DNA of 64,000 nucleotides from the NCBI GenBank assembly GCA_964650545.1, contig CAZYTZ010000001.1:23686-87685 (forward strand). The letters run 5' to 3'. Both the position numbers and the translations under genes were made by a program. The notes under the pieces were generated by a model. The model did no database searches and was not told the origin of the DNA. It saw only the letters and a list, made by a program, of their open reading frames with translations. Positions 7,274 through 17,973 of this stretch are shown here, one piece after another. This DNA comes from Candidatus Micrarchaeota archaeon. GTDB taxonomy: Archaea; Micrarchaeota; Micrarchaeia; Anstonellales; Anstonellaceae. Numbering within the stretch: the first letter of the stretch is position 1; every line of letters starts with the position of its first letter.

Positions 7274-10200
7274 TTAGAAGTTCAAGCCAAATTTCAGGTA
7301 GAAGAGGAAGTCATTCTTGTCCCTGAAGCCTTCGTATCTGAAGCCCGCTCCCCCATAGCCGGTCGTGCCCATAAAGCGCCCCGTTTTCATGTACTCCAGC
7401 TCAATGTTCTTCTTGATTATGTCCTTATAGAACTGGGTGCCAAGGCCAAGGGCTATGCGGTTGGAGCCGAAATATCCCACTCCCTTCATCCCCACGTTTG
7501 TGAAGCCGTCGGAAAAGTCCCTGATGGAGCCCACGCGCGTCAGGTTGACGATGTATGTGACTTTTTTGCCAGCATGGGTGAACTGGAGCTTGTAAAAATC
7601 ATCAAGTGTGCTTGCCGAAGCCTCTATGACGTTGTTCTTTATTCCGATGCCGGCCTCAACGATGTACTTGTCCCGGCGCAAAGGCTCTTTCGTTTCCTGG
7701 GCAATGGCTGTTGGGTAATCCGGGATGGTCTTAAGAACGTCCTTCTCGGGCATGCCCCTGTCCAGCATTTCCTGCGCCGCAGCATCCTTTGATATGCGGG
7801 TGGCGATGATGACTGCCTTGAAGTTTGCGTTTTTGCTTTTGTACACGCCGCCCAATGTCTGGATTTTGCCTGGCGATTCCGCGCTGGTCATGGCGACTAT
7901 GCCCCACCTATTGTTGAAATCAAGGAAAGTGGAGACCATGGGGCCGGGAACGCCCATCTGCTTGCCGCTTGTAATGCTCACCACGCCGCCAAACGTCTTG
8001 TAGGTCCCGTCATCCTGCGGTGTCTGTCGCGTGAAGGTCAGCGATATGTCTGAAATGTCGGTTCCATAGCGCTTGAATATCGAGCTGTAGTCTGCACTGT
8101 TGAAGAGATTATTCATCGTCTTGCACATTCTGTCGCTCGCAGCATTCAGCTCCTGCTCCGTATGGTATGGGTTGTCCAGCACAGCCTGGTATTCCTCATA
8201 TGCTGAGCTGAGCACGGATATGTCCGTGTAAAGATACCCCCCCAAAAGCTCCTTGTCCTCGTTCGTCGGAGGGTTGTACCAGTTCATGGAAAGGTTAAAG
8301 CCGTATTCCACGCCCTTTTTGCTTTCGCCCTCAATCTTAATCGCGCCCTTGTATGATGTCCTGGTGCTGTTCGGGTAGTCATTGTACTGGAGCACATATT
8401 TCATGGGTATGCTCTGGAACTCGCCTTCAGTTCCGACCGTGGCGGAATTTATGGAGGTTTTTTTGGAGCCGTCAGGAAGTTCCTCGTCAGCCCAGCTGAA
8501 ATAGCCATAGTTCCTCAAAAGCGAGCCCGTGCCCTTCCCGTCCTTCGAATAGCTTTTGGACTGGTATGCCGTCCTGCCGCCTGCAAATCCACGGTCAGAG
8601 CCGGCGAACGAAAGGTTGAAGAGCGCTCCATCAAAGCTTTCGTGGCTATAGCCAACCGCGCCCACTCTCCCCAAGCTCTCAATTTTCCTGTAGCTGTCAA
8701 GCCTTGCCTGGCCATAATTGCTTCCAATGTAAAAGCCAGACGATGTCGGAAGGTCCTGTATTGTTCTTGCATCAAGCTCGTAGTAGCTTGCCCAGAAGGT
8801 GTGCTTGTGGTAGCCTTCCGGCTTGCCATCATACCCATCTCCGCGGGCAATGATGCCTGCAGCCGATTCCTTGTCAACCGTCATGCCCCCGACAGCTGCC
8901 ATGTCTAGCCTCTTGCCAAGCTCTTCGCTTCCCATGCCTATGAAAAATCCGACGTCGGTCGCCTGGCGCTCCTTCTGGTTGAGCACCCGCGCCTGCACAT
9001 AGCCAATGCCCTGCGCCTCCTTGTAGCCTATCACTCCTGCCCCCGCGCAATAATTCTGGACAAACTCGGAATTCCTGATGCCTTCCAGCTGCTGCCCAAG
9101 GTACTTTGTGATGTCGTTGCGGTATTCGTCGTTGAAATAAAATTCGACCCAGTTGCTGCCAGCAATTCTGTAGTAGACATGCGCCTCGTCGTAATACCAT
9201 TCGTTTTTGGACTGCGTCCCTGTGGCCTGGTGCACCTCAAGGGAGTAGTGCGGCTTTTGATTGGCATCCAAAACGGTCTTTTTTGACACCACATATATCT
9301 TCCCGTCAATTTCCTGCGAGCCAATGACGCCATCCTGCTTGTCCTTATTGCTGCTCAGAGTATCTGAGGTTATCTGAAGCTGCGAGGCAAGGCTGCTGTA
9401 ATTGGAATCTGAAATGCCGTTTTCGTCAAAGGTGAACAGCAGGGTGCTTGAGGACTCAGAGATGTTGTCTGCGCTGAAATAATGGCGGTTGAAGCGCGCA
9501 AGGAGCCGCGAGTTCTCGCCTGAAGCATTAAGCGTCTGGCTTATGTCCTGGGAAACAGTCTTTGTCTTATGCCCGAAAACAAGGTCAGGTTCAACATCTT
9601 TTCTGACGTAAGCCGACCCGTACGCGTCATCAATTATCATCCTGTCAAGGAACCCATCCTTTACCAGCTTGAAGTTTTTTGCCTGGTCGAGGAAGCTGAA
9701 CGTGTCTGACTGAGTGGTGTCTGTAATTTCCCTGTAATAAACGCCTCTTGCGTCAAGCAGCCCGCCCCTGTCTGTTTTCCCCAAAGCGCCCCCTCCACCG
9801 CCGGAGGTGGTGCTCCTCTCGGTCATCCCTCCTGCCGCAGCCAAGTACCCTGTCCCGCTCCTGTCAAAAAGTGCGGGGGATGTGCCTTGCGAGATGATTC
9901 TCCTGAATATCCTGTCAAGCTCAGCAGAGGCGCTGACTATGTCGAGGGAATATTCCGTAGATGCGCCCCTAAGGAAAATGTCCCTCAGGTACACCCCTGC
10001 CCAGCTCTTTTTCATGAAAACAGCCGATTGGGACTTCAGAACCTGCGCTTGCGACGGAATGTAGCTGTCGTTCCAAAGGTCATAGGGGCTTCTTGGGACC
10101 TCAATCGGCGTCCATTGGCCAAACCTGTGCTGCGGCAGCTGGTCGGTAAGGAGCCTGGTGGCATCGGTAAGGACCGACCTTTCGTATTCGCCGGTTATCA

Positions 10201-12139
10201 GGGCCGGGCTTACCCTGATGTACCCGTTTTTTACAGTAAACATCTGGTTGGTGAAATTGGCAAGCAGGTTGTCAGACCACAGGCGGCTTGTTGCGACGTT
10301 TGTTGTGAATTCCACCAGCTTTCCTATCCTGTTCTGGCTTTGGAATGCCGAGTATATCTGGTATGAATCCGAGAGCGCAAGCTGGAGGAGCTTTGACTTT
10401 GAGTTTATGTCTATCAGGTCGTACTCGTTCTTGTATATGTTGATGAACATCTCGGGCTTGCTGAGAAGCCAGAAAGACATGCCTACTGGGGCTCCATCCA
10501 GGCTCACGAAAATGTCCTTTGGCCTGTTCAGGCCGTTGGCCATGACTCCTGCCTCGGTGACTGTCAGGTCGAATTGGGAGCACTCAAGCATGAAACTGTC
10601 TCTCTCGGTTTTCAAAACATCCGGGTCCGTTGCAATTTCCCAAGCCCCTTCTGCGCCCAGGCCAGTAAGAGTTGTGAGGAAGCCGTCTATCTTGCCCTTA
10701 ACTGTGGCAAGCTGGCTGTTGGCGGCGAATTTCTGCGAAACCGAAGTGATGTCTGACGTGATTTTCTGGAACTCTGCTATGAAATCATCATGTTCAATCT
10801 CATGCGGATCTGCCAAGGCTTTTGCCATTATGCCCTTGAAGCTGTTCCAGGCATTGGCAAGCAGGATGACTGATGCCTGATACTCGTTGATTGTCTGCCC
10901 CCCTGCCATTCCAAGCCCCATTGGGGTTGAAAAAGCCTCGTTCGACCTTATCAGGTCAAGCCCTGCCACTGTGGAAAACATGTTGAATGCCGAGCGGTTT
11001 GACTGCCCCTTCTTGATCCCTTTTGGCAGAAGGACGGTCTTGTCCTTTGCCTCGAAAAGGTATTGTGCAGCATCCGGGTTGATGGCCTGGGCATCGCTGA
11101 AAAGCCTGTTCAGCTTATCCACGTTGTTTGCAAGTATGTTTGCAATGAATGCATAGCCAAGCGTAAGGGCGGAATTGCCGTCTTTTCCCTGGCGCGGGAA
11201 CCCGGCCGGGCTTGTGCCAAGCGCATTTGACAGCACATCATTCATCTTCCCAAGGTGCGTCGAGTCCCCGAATATCGCCCTTATTGCATAGTCCTTTGCC
11301 CTACCGTCGATGTTTTCCCCCTCAAAATCTTCTATTGCTGCAACTGCGGCCTCGGTGCTTCCTGCGCCAACATAGGCGGCTTTCAAAAGGTTGTCAATCC
11401 TGTTGAAGTGGTTGATGCAGCTTGCCACGCCGAATGCGAAATCCCCTACTGCGCGCTGGCTTGCGGATTCCACCTCCAGCTTGCCATCCTTGCCTTCGCC
11501 TATTTTAAGCCCGCCTTTAACCACGATGCCAGCGCCTTCAAGCCCTGCAAAGACGGTCTCTATTTGCCTAATGTAGGGCTTCCTATCTTCCTCTGGAATG
11601 AAGGCAAGGATGTAAAGGTTGCTGCTTATTGCAGCTATGCCGTCATCTATATCCTTTCCAATCGAAACGTAGTATTCCAAGTCGTTCCAGTTGGCGTAAA
11701 GGTTGAATTCATCGGTTTTCCTGCCTATCGTGTTCAATGCCTCTGAAATCGCCTGGGTGCTCTCGTTTATTATGGAAGCATCCTTGTCGGCAGCCCCTGC
11801 AACGGGCTGGTAGAAGGGATTGTCAACTTTTGCGATTTCGCCCTTCGCCCTGCTCAGTATCGCAGCTTCAGACAGGCCCTTCTTCATGCCGTTGTTTATG
11901 ATGTCAACAGAATTCAAGTAGATTGTCACTGCATAGTCCAAAAGCTTCTTGTTGCTGTCGCTGCTGTCTTTGGCATACAAATCATTTGCACAGAGGTGGA
12001 GGTTTTCCAACCCGGTCTTCAGGTCTCTGAGGCTTGTGGCGTTTTTTATGCCGTCAAGTATCCTTTTGATGGCTGGATTGCTGGAAACCTCAACATCTCC
12101 CAAGTCCAGGTTCTTTATCTGCCTAGCTCTAAACACCAT
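7274..12139 (-). CDS. Giant hypothetical protein (1621 aa) with no recognisable domain. Its C-terminus looks like a beta-strand-rich region ending ...FLFYLKFGLNF.
   Basis: It is an uninterrupted 4.9-kb ORF with an ATG start and is the last gene of a four-gene co-directional cluster. The C-terminal alternating hydrophobic pattern ends in a terminal Phe. Confidence 0.65.
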   Translation of the reverse strand: MVFRARQIKNLDLGDVEVSSNPAIKRILDGIKNATSLRDLKTGLENLHLCANDLYAKDSSDSNKKLLDYAVTIYLNSVDIINNGMKKGLSEAAILSRAKGEIAKVDNPFYQPVAGAADKDASIINESTQAISEALNTIGRKTDEFNLYANWNDLEYYVSIGKDIDDGIAAISSNLYILAFIPEEDRKPYIRQIETVFAGLEGAGIVVKGGLKIGEGKDGKLEVESASQRAVGDFAFGVASCINHFNRIDNLLKAAYVGAGSTEAAVAAIEDFEGENIDGRAKDYAIRAIFGDSTHLGKMNDVLSNALGTSPAGFPRQGKDGNSALTLGYAFIANILANNVDKLNRLFSDAQAINPDAAQYLFEAKDKTVLLPKGIKKGQSNRSAFNMFSTVAGLDLIRSNEAFSTPMGLGMAGGQTINEYQASVILLANAWNSFKGIMAKALADPHEIEHDDFIAEFQKITSDITSVSQKFAANSQLATVKGKIDGFLTTLTGLGAEGAWEIATDPDVLKTERDSFMLECSQFDLTVTEAGVMANGLNRPKDIFVSLDGAPVGMSFWLLSKPEMFINIYKNEYDLIDINSKSKLLQLALSDSYQIYSAFQSQNRIGKLVEFTTNVATSRLWSDNLLANFTNQMFTVKNGYIRVSPALITGEYERSVLTDATRLLTDQLPQHRFGQWTPIEVPRSPYDLWNDSYIPSQAQVLKSQSAVFMKKSWAGVYLRDIFLRGASTEYSLDIVSASAELDRIFRRIISQGTSPALFDRSGTGYLAAAGGMTERSTTSGGGGGALGKTDRGGLLDARGVYYREITDTTQSDTFSFLDQAKNFKLVKDGFLDRMIIDDAYGSAYVRKDVEPDLVFGHKTKTVSQDISQTLNASGENSRLLARFNRHYFSADNISESSSTLLFTFDENGISDSNYSSLASQLQITSDTLSSNKDKQDGVIGSQEIDGKIYVVSKKTVLDANQKPHYSLEVHQATGTQSKNEWYYDEAHVYYRIAGSNWVEFYFNDEYRNDITKYLGQQLEGIRNSEFVQNYCAGAGVIGYKEAQGIGYVQARVLNQKERQATDVGFFIGMGSEELGKRLDMAAVGGMTVDKESAAGIIARGDGYDGKPEGYHKHTFWASYYELDARTIQDLPTSSGFYIGSNYGQARLDSYRKIESLGRVGAVGYSHESFDGALFNLSFAGSDRGFAGGRTAYQSKSYSKDGKGTGSLLRNYGYFSWADEELPDGSKKTSINSATVGTEGEFQSIPMKYVLQYNDYPNSTRTSYKGAIKIEGESKKGVEYGFNLSMNWYNPPTNEDKELLGGYLYTDISVLSSAYEEYQAVLDNPYHTEQELNAASDRMCKTMNNLFNSADYSSIFKRYGTDISDISLTFTRQTPQDDGTYKTFGGVVSITSGKQMGVPGPMVSTFLDFNNRWGIVAMTSAESPGKIQTLGGVYKSKNANFKAVIIATRISKDAAAQEMLDRGMPEKDVLKTIPDYPTAIAQETKEPLRRDKYIVEAGIGIKNNVIEASASTLDDFYKLQFTHAGKKVTYIVNLTRVGSIRDFSDGFTNVGMKGVGYFGSNRIALGLGTQFYKDIIKKNIELEYMKTGRFMGTTGYGGAGFRYEGFRDKNDFLFYLKFGLNF

Positions 12140-12147
12140 TCGCCCAC

Positions 12148-14571
12148 CTACAATTGGCTTATCTCATAATGATTAATGGCCTTATTCGCAAGGTCGCCTA
12201 CTTCGGAAATACCCGCGAGGATCTCGATTATTCTAGAGTCTGTTGTCGTGCTTGCCCAATTCACAAACTCCCTCATTATTGCGTCTGTAGCGGCTTGGTC
12301 TATCTGCGTATCCCCTAGCTTTCCCTTTAGCAGCGCAGCATTGATTTCCTGCCTGTTTTTCGTGATGAATCCACTCAGGCGGGACATGCTCACTGGAAGC
12401 GCAGATTCGCCCCATCCCGCCTGCTCGCTTTCCTTCAGCCCCGCAATCCCGGCCGCCAGCTGCGCGGCGCCAAGCCTGCCCTTGGCCAATTTATCATCCA
12501 ATACCAGCCCCTCAAGATGGGAAGTGAGCCTTTCAGCCCCCACCCCCTCCAGCGCGGCTCGCACTGCCGTTTCATTCCCCAATGTCACAAGCCATTGCGG
12601 CAGGGCGACTGCTCGCGTCAGGTCAACGTCTCCAAATGCCGTGGCTGTTACCGCAACATCCTCAGTTATAGTGGTTTCCAGCTGGCTGGCGGTTTTCTCT
12701 TGCTGGCCCGTTGCCGCATTGTAGCCATTTATCGCAGATAGCACTTTTTGCCTGTCAAGGTTTAAGGTGCCATCCTCGCTTCTCAGGCCCGCCCTGTAGC
12801 TGCCATCCTCTTCCTTGAGGCTCGCCACGAGGCCGTCGAACAGCGAGTTTTCAGCCTCGGTGTCTATCTTTCCGTTCTTGTCAGTGTCGCACTTGGCAAG
12901 GATTGCCTGGTAAATGCCGGATGCCGCCCAGCCGCCTTCTGCCACCGCAGGGTCAAGCGCAATGAGCGCTGCAACGCTGTCAAGCTTTGGAACCCTGGCG
13001 GGCTTGGCATTCTCGCCTGCAATGAATGCAAACAAGTCTGCTGCCTGCCCGAGCTTTTCCTTCCCATTGAAGTAATTCAGCATTGCCTCGTTATTCTGCT
13101 CGTTTTCGAATATGATTGTTGCCCGCTTGCCCTTGGCCTCTGAGATTGCGCCAAGCTTCAAAAGGTCGGCTTTGAGCTCATGCATGATAAGCCTCTGCAC
13201 CCCCTCGTCATCCAGCACGCCCTCCTGCCCCTTCCCAAGCGCCGCCACGATTGCTTTGCGGTCAAAGTGGAGGTTTGACACACCTGCCTTGTCTGCAATC
13301 CCCTTGTCCAGAGCGTAAAAGCTGCTGCCTATCTTCTTCACAGTCCCGGTCTCGCCGCCGTTTTCCTTCACTTTCTTCCTGGCATCCCTCTCCACCACAA
13401 TGCCGAGCTCCGCCAGCCTGCCAAGCGCGCTCTTGTCAGTGATGCTCCCAACAAGCTTGCCATCATCATCCAGCGTGCCCGTGATTTTCGTTATCCTGCT
13501 GCAAATGGCCAAGGTTTCCCGGCTAACAGGCACTTTAACGGTCGATTCCCCGGCTTCCTTGACGAAAGCACCCTCTGCCTCCTGCACCGAGTACAGGCCC
13601 TCATCGTTCTTTTCCAAAGCCATTGCGCTGCCATCAAGAACCAGCTTCACGCGCCAGTCCTGCTGGTACACATTCACATCAGTGTAAGCGTCAAGCGCGC
13701 CCGGAGTCTCGGCCACATCCTCTGGCAATTCCACCTCGCCAGGCCTTTTCATTGCCTCCTCGTCCTCAACTTGTGCTTTGTCCCCAACTATTTTCTGGAA
13801 GTTTCTTTGCCAGAAGCTGTCTTTCCTCATGCTGTCAAGCGCAAGCAGGGCATTTTTCACAGCCACTTTCCTGTCCTGCCCATCCTCTGCTTTTGGCAGC
13901 TTGTTGAAGTCCTTGTTGGTCTCCTTGCTGTTCCTGCCGCACAGCATGGTGAAGTATGCGTCAAACAGCTTGCGCTCGTTTGCGCTCATCTCAGTCGCCT
14001 TCCAGTCAAACTCCTGCTCCAGCCAGCCGCGCCTTACCATGTAATCAACAGTGGCTGATACGTTCTTGTCTATCCTCTCCTTTGTAAGCGTTAGGAAGGC
14101 GAACTTGCTGTTTATCTCATCAGCCATGCCATACGCATGACCAAGGAGCTTGTTCTCTGCAGCGGAGGCCTCAGGGACAGGAGCATTCTTGACGCCTGGC
14201 TCTGCGCCGTATTTCAGATAAGAGGAAATCGCATCTATGGCATCAGCGCAATCCTTAGCGTCATTCTCTTTTCCGAGCTCAGCATAGAGCTTTTTTGCAG
14301 CCAAATAGTTCCGGTATGCCAGCTGGTAATTCCCGCCTTCTTCCTTGTCATAGTGGTTTATTGTCAGGTTCCAATGCGCGTCCGCCATTATCACTTTGGC
14401 GTCATCTCTCTGGAGGGTGGTCGCATTCGGCGCCCTCAGGGCTTCATTGCATTTTGATATGGCAAGCCTGTACTCTTCCACAGTGGCGTCTGGCTTGTTT
14501 TTTAGACCTTCTGCGTCGGCCAACAGGCCTGCAACATCAACAGCCTGTGTCGTCTGGGTGACCATTGCCAT
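12148..14571 (-). CDS. Large hypothetical protein (807 aa), predicted mostly alpha-helical, containing an EF-hand-like loop (DTDKNGKIDTEAE).
   Basis: It has an ATG start and sits 8 nt upstream of the 1621-aa gene. No catalytic motifs were recognised. Confidence 0.65.
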   Translation of the reverse strand: MAMVTQTTQAVDVAGLLADAEGLKNKPDATVEEYRLAISKCNEALRAPNATTLQRDDAKVIMADAHWNLTINHYDKEEGGNYQLAYRNYLAAKKLYAELGKENDAKDCADAIDAISSYLKYGAEPGVKNAPVPEASAAENKLLGHAYGMADEINSKFAFLTLTKERIDKNVSATVDYMVRRGWLEQEFDWKATEMSANERKLFDAYFTMLCGRNSKETNKDFNKLPKAEDGQDRKVAVKNALLALDSMRKDSFWQRNFQKIVGDKAQVEDEEAMKRPGEVELPEDVAETPGALDAYTDVNVYQQDWRVKLVLDGSAMALEKNDEGLYSVQEAEGAFVKEAGESTVKVPVSRETLAICSRITKITGTLDDDGKLVGSITDKSALGRLAELGIVVERDARKKVKENGGETGTVKKIGSSFYALDKGIADKAGVSNLHFDRKAIVAALGKGQEGVLDDEGVQRLIMHELKADLLKLGAISEAKGKRATIIFENEQNNEAMLNYFNGKEKLGQAADLFAFIAGENAKPARVPKLDSVAALIALDPAVAEGGWAASGIYQAILAKCDTDKNGKIDTEAENSLFDGLVASLKEEDGSYRAGLRSEDGTLNLDRQKVLSAINGYNAATGQQEKTASQLETTITEDVAVTATAFGDVDLTRAVALPQWLVTLGNETAVRAALEGVGAERLTSHLEGLVLDDKLAKGRLGAAQLAAGIAGLKESEQAGWGESALPVSMSRLSGFITKNRQEINAALLKGKLGDTQIDQAATDAIMREFVNWASTTTDSRIIEILAGISEVGDLANKAINHYEISQL

Positions 14572-14584
14572 CTCCTCCTCAAAA

Positions 14585-17500
14585 TCACTTCAGCTTCAGG
14601 TTCTTCTTGGCTTTCGAAGTACCCGCCTTGGTCTCTTGCACTTCTGGCGCTGCGTTCACAACAGTGTTCGTGTCGCTTGCATTAAGTTCTACTGGCGGAA
14701 CAACAGGCTTTATTGTAGTGTCTGGCGTCTGTCCCTGCGCAAACTTCTCAAGCATTATTGTCCGCTCATCCGCAGGCGTATTCACAATCCCCTGCAGGTA
14801 ATCTCGCATGATTTTAGGCATCTGCGAGCTGTCAGGGGCAGTAAGCGTGACGGCATTCACAAAGCTGGAAAAGCTTTCCGGCTTGCTTGCTATCTCGTTG
14901 AATATGTCTCGCTGTTCATTGGTGAAAGTCATGTCAGCCCTTGCCATGATTTCCCGCATTGCTATCTTGTTGGCTGATTCCTGCTCCCCTGCCTGTGTTG
15001 GGGATGCCTGCACGAACTGCACTCCTGTGATTCCCCTGTTCGCGTAGAGCACGCCATTGTCAACAGTGAAGTTGCCAAGCAGCACCTTGTCTTTCGAGAG
15101 CACCTGGTAAGTTGTGCCTTCAGCAGGGGAAAACACCTTCCCGTCCCCTGCCAAGAGCCTGCCATTCGCGTCAGTTGTGCATGCGATTTCTTTCTTGTCA
15201 TCCCCTACAAGCACAAGGTTCCGGCTGGCAAGCCGCGCGCTGTTGGGCGCGTAGAGCACGACTGCGCCGTTCTCAAGGTCAAAATACGGCGGTTTCACAT
15301 CCACGATCAGCAGCGTCTTCCTGTCAAAGTCCTTCTGCGCGCTGATTTCAATCCTGTGCCTGCCAAAGCCAAGATCGCTCAGGAAGATCCCCTCCCTATT
15401 GCTCTCCCTCTTCGCATCCCTCAGCTCCCCATCAACCAGTCCGATTCTCTGCACCTCGTTGCCATCCGTCCGATAATATATCTTCCCATCATTCTTGCCC
15501 AAAAAGGTGGGGAGGTACTTGAGGTCCAGGCTCGCGATGCCCTCTCCCGGAAGAATGGTTGCTGATTTTACTGTGGTCTTCAGCTTCTTGTCGTATGCTT
15601 CTTCGGTTGCCACCACTCCTGCGTGCGTGAGCCTTCCGGTAAGCGCAGTCACAGGGACATACTGCGCCTTGCTCCAGACCATCTTGCCCAATTTGCCCAG
15701 GCCAACTCCGATGCCAACCCCTCCATCTTTCACAAGGGCGCCTATCATTCCTGGCGCAGCAGGTCCAGTCCAGCTTGCCCACCCAGTGCCTTGCAGGAAC
15801 CGGCCCACAAGCCCCTTTCCATAGTATAGGGACTCCAAGTTGTCCGCAGTTGCCCCAGTATACATGTCTTTTGCCACGGCCGATGTCCACCAGGTAATTT
15901 TCTTAGCTGATTCCTTCAGGGCATTTGCGGCACCTGCCTGGACTGCCTCTTCCACAAGATTGCGGCTGGCGCGAATACCTTCAATTTCAGTCCCTTCAAA
16001 GCCAGCTTTCCGAAGTGCATTTGGCAGGCTTTCCCAAATTTTGCCAGTCAGTGCCTTCCCGTCCTTTGCCGCCTTCTCCAGGGCGTCCTTGGAAACTCCT
16101 TTGAGGAGGTCGCTTGCAACCCCTTCCAGCACCACCTGCCTCATCTGCTTTGCCATCTCGTCCTTCATCTTTGGAAGCACAATTCCAATCTCTTCCTTCA
16201 CGATGGCTGCCAGCTCGGCATCCGCCATCAAAATCTTACCGTTTACCGTAACCTTTCCCTTGACTCTGTTCACAACCCCGCCGACCCAGTTTTCTAATTT
16301 GGTTTCCATCCCGGCCCTTTTCCATACTTCCTGTGGCACGTCCTTGAATGCATCTACAAAGCTCTTTCGCAGCCTGTCTTGTAAGGCAGGAACGAATTCA
16401 TCAAGCTCGCGCAGCGTCTTTTTCCCAATCTTCTTCCCAACCAATGCCGTGGTGGTCGTGATTCCTTTTAACGTTTCCCTTATCCATTCCTCGCTGCCGA
16501 CCTTCTTGGCGGCATCCTCAAGGCTTTTCTTCATCGGGGTAATCAAGAGGTTTTTCTTGACAAACCTCACGGCATTGACCTCAGCATCCAGCACTGCTCC
16601 GCTCAGCCCGACTGAGATGTTGCGGCTCATGCCCTTCACCATCTTTTCACCGAGTTTCTTCTCCACAATCTCTCGCACAGCCGCCTCGCTGAGCTCGCGA
16701 TTGCCAACATCTTTCATTATCTCCTTCAATGTCTTGCCAAAAAGATCGCCTGTTTCTTTGGACACAACTGCCCTTATCTGGTCTTTCGTCAGGCGCTTAC
16801 CCATATTCGTCCAGATGTCGTCTACCAGCATGTTTTCAAAATCGCGCATGGCTTCTTTGGCAAAGAGGCGAGATTTCTCCATGCCTCCTGGCACAACCCT
16901 CACTTCCTTTGCCAAAGCATTTGCTGTCTCCCTGAAGGCTATGAGATTATTCCGTACGATTTCCCTGATTCCCTTCGTAGTGAACTCCTTTGCCAGCAAT
17001 TTTTCCGCCTTTGCCCTGAGGACCGCCTCGCTGCCTGGGATTAGCCTGCCGAACGTGAGGCTCTTGGTGAAAGACCCGTCAATCACGGCTCCCTTCCAAA
17101 GCTTTACCGAGCCTTTCCCAAGGCTTTTGAGAAGCTTAGCTCCGATGAATACATCTGATATCACGCCTATGGTTGCAAGGCTGGCAGTAGTAAAACCTTC
17201 CTGATACAAATATCCGTCCTTGTTGCGGTTTCCCCGCTTCATCTTTTCAATGCCATCTAGGAGGTCTGGGACGCTTATGACCCACCTCAGGGCTTTCCCC
17301 AAAAATGTCCTCTTCTTGACGCCTATTATTTCTACCTCTGCAAGCTGCCAGTTGACCGCGTTCACAGGTATACTCCTAACATCGTCGTATATCTTCTCGC
17401 AAAATTTCTTAGCCTGCTCAACGCTATTTGCCCCTGAAAGCCCCTCTTTCAGGTCTTCCCTGGCTGCTCCCAGAAAAACATCTGCATACGTGGCCCAGCC

Positions 17501-17962
17501 GGTTCCGCCAACGGCTTCCTGGCTGCCTGCCCATATGTCTTTTGCACCCTTCAAATCATTGCTTGCCAGGCATTTTTCAATGGAAGCAAGCCTGTTGTAG
17601 GCCGCGAGCTTGAGTTCGACGTAGGATGCAAAGCTGTCCAGTGCAACGAATGCACGCGCCGCTGTTCCCATATCAGTGATAGCTGTTAGGGCACCTACGA
17701 AACCATTCATCTGCGCCAGCGCAGCTTGCAGGCTCGGGTCTTTTTTGAGAAATTGGGAGTCCTTGACCAAGTCATTTAACCCAGCAATAGCTTTTTTGAG
17801 GTCATCAAAACTGTTTACATTCCCCCCCAAAATGCCATTTACCATCCCGCGCACATTTCCCATGCCGCGTGCCATGGCTGACCATTCCTTATCCATCTTG
17901 GCATAATTTGGGCCAAGCGCGTTTGCTGGGGTCTCCTTGGTTGCTAATTGGAATACAAACAT
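14585..17962 (-). CDS. Large hypothetical protein (about 1125 aa) with a long Lys/Glu/Ala-rich helical N-terminal half and a Gly/beta-rich C-terminal half.
   Basis: The start is placed at ATG 17960-17962 (MFVFQLATKETPANA...), 11 nt downstream of the preceding gene's stop. The ORF-track GTG at 18061 would overlap the upstream gene by 88 nt. Confidence 0.6.
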   Translation of the reverse strand: MFVFQLATKETPANALGPNYAKMDKEWSAMARGMGNVRGMVNGILGGNVNSFDDLKKAIAGLNDLVKDSQFLKKDPSLQAALAQMNGFVGALTAITDMGTAARAFVALDSFASYVELKLAAYNRLASIEKCLASNDLKGAKDIWAGSQEAVGGTGWATYADVFLGAAREDLKEGLSGANSVEQAKKFCEKIYDDVRSIPVNAVNWQLAEVEIIGVKKRTFLGKALRWVISVPDLLDGIEKMKRGNRNKDGYLYQEGFTTASLATIGVISDVFIGAKLLKSLGKGSVKLWKGAVIDGSFTKSLTFGRLIPGSEAVLRAKAEKLLAKEFTTKGIREIVRNNLIAFRETANALAKEVRVVPGGMEKSRLFAKEAMRDFENMLVDDIWTNMGKRLTKDQIRAVVSKETGDLFGKTLKEIMKDVGNRELSEAAVREIVEKKLGEKMVKGMSRNISVGLSGAVLDAEVNAVRFVKKNLLITPMKKSLEDAAKKVGSEEWIRETLKGITTTTALVGKKIGKKTLRELDEFVPALQDRLRKSFVDAFKDVPQEVWKRAGMETKLENWVGGVVNRVKGKVTVNGKILMADAELAAIVKEEIGIVLPKMKDEMAKQMRQVVLEGVASDLLKGVSKDALEKAAKDGKALTGKIWESLPNALRKAGFEGTEIEGIRASRNLVEEAVQAGAANALKESAKKITWWTSAVAKDMYTGATADNLESLYYGKGLVGRFLQGTGWASWTGPAAPGMIGALVKDGGVGIGVGLGKLGKMVWSKAQYVPVTALTGRLTHAGVVATEEAYDKKLKTTVKSATILPGEGIASLDLKYLPTFLGKNDGKIYYRTDGNEVQRIGLVDGELRDAKRESNREGIFLSDLGFGRHRIEISAQKDFDRKTLLIVDVKPPYFDLENGAVVLYAPNSARLASRNLVLVGDDKKEIACTTDANGRLLAGDGKVFSPAEGTTYQVLSKDKVLLGNFTVDNGVLYANRGITGVQFVQASPTQAGEQESANKIAMREIMARADMTFTNEQRDIFNEIASKPESFSSFVNAVTLTAPDSSQMPKIMRDYLQGIVNTPADERTIMLEKFAQGQTPDTTIKPVVPPVELNASDTNTVVNAAPEVQETKAGTSKAKKNLKLK

Positions 17963-17973
17963 CTCAAACACCC

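Noticed and set aside
15840-17204. A 454-aa plus-strand ORF (S/T/A/F/L-rich) lying entirely inside the 1125-aa minus-strand gene.
   Set aside because: It is low-complexity and antisense to a much longer, better-behaved ORF. This is the typical shadow ORF found in GC-rich DNA.
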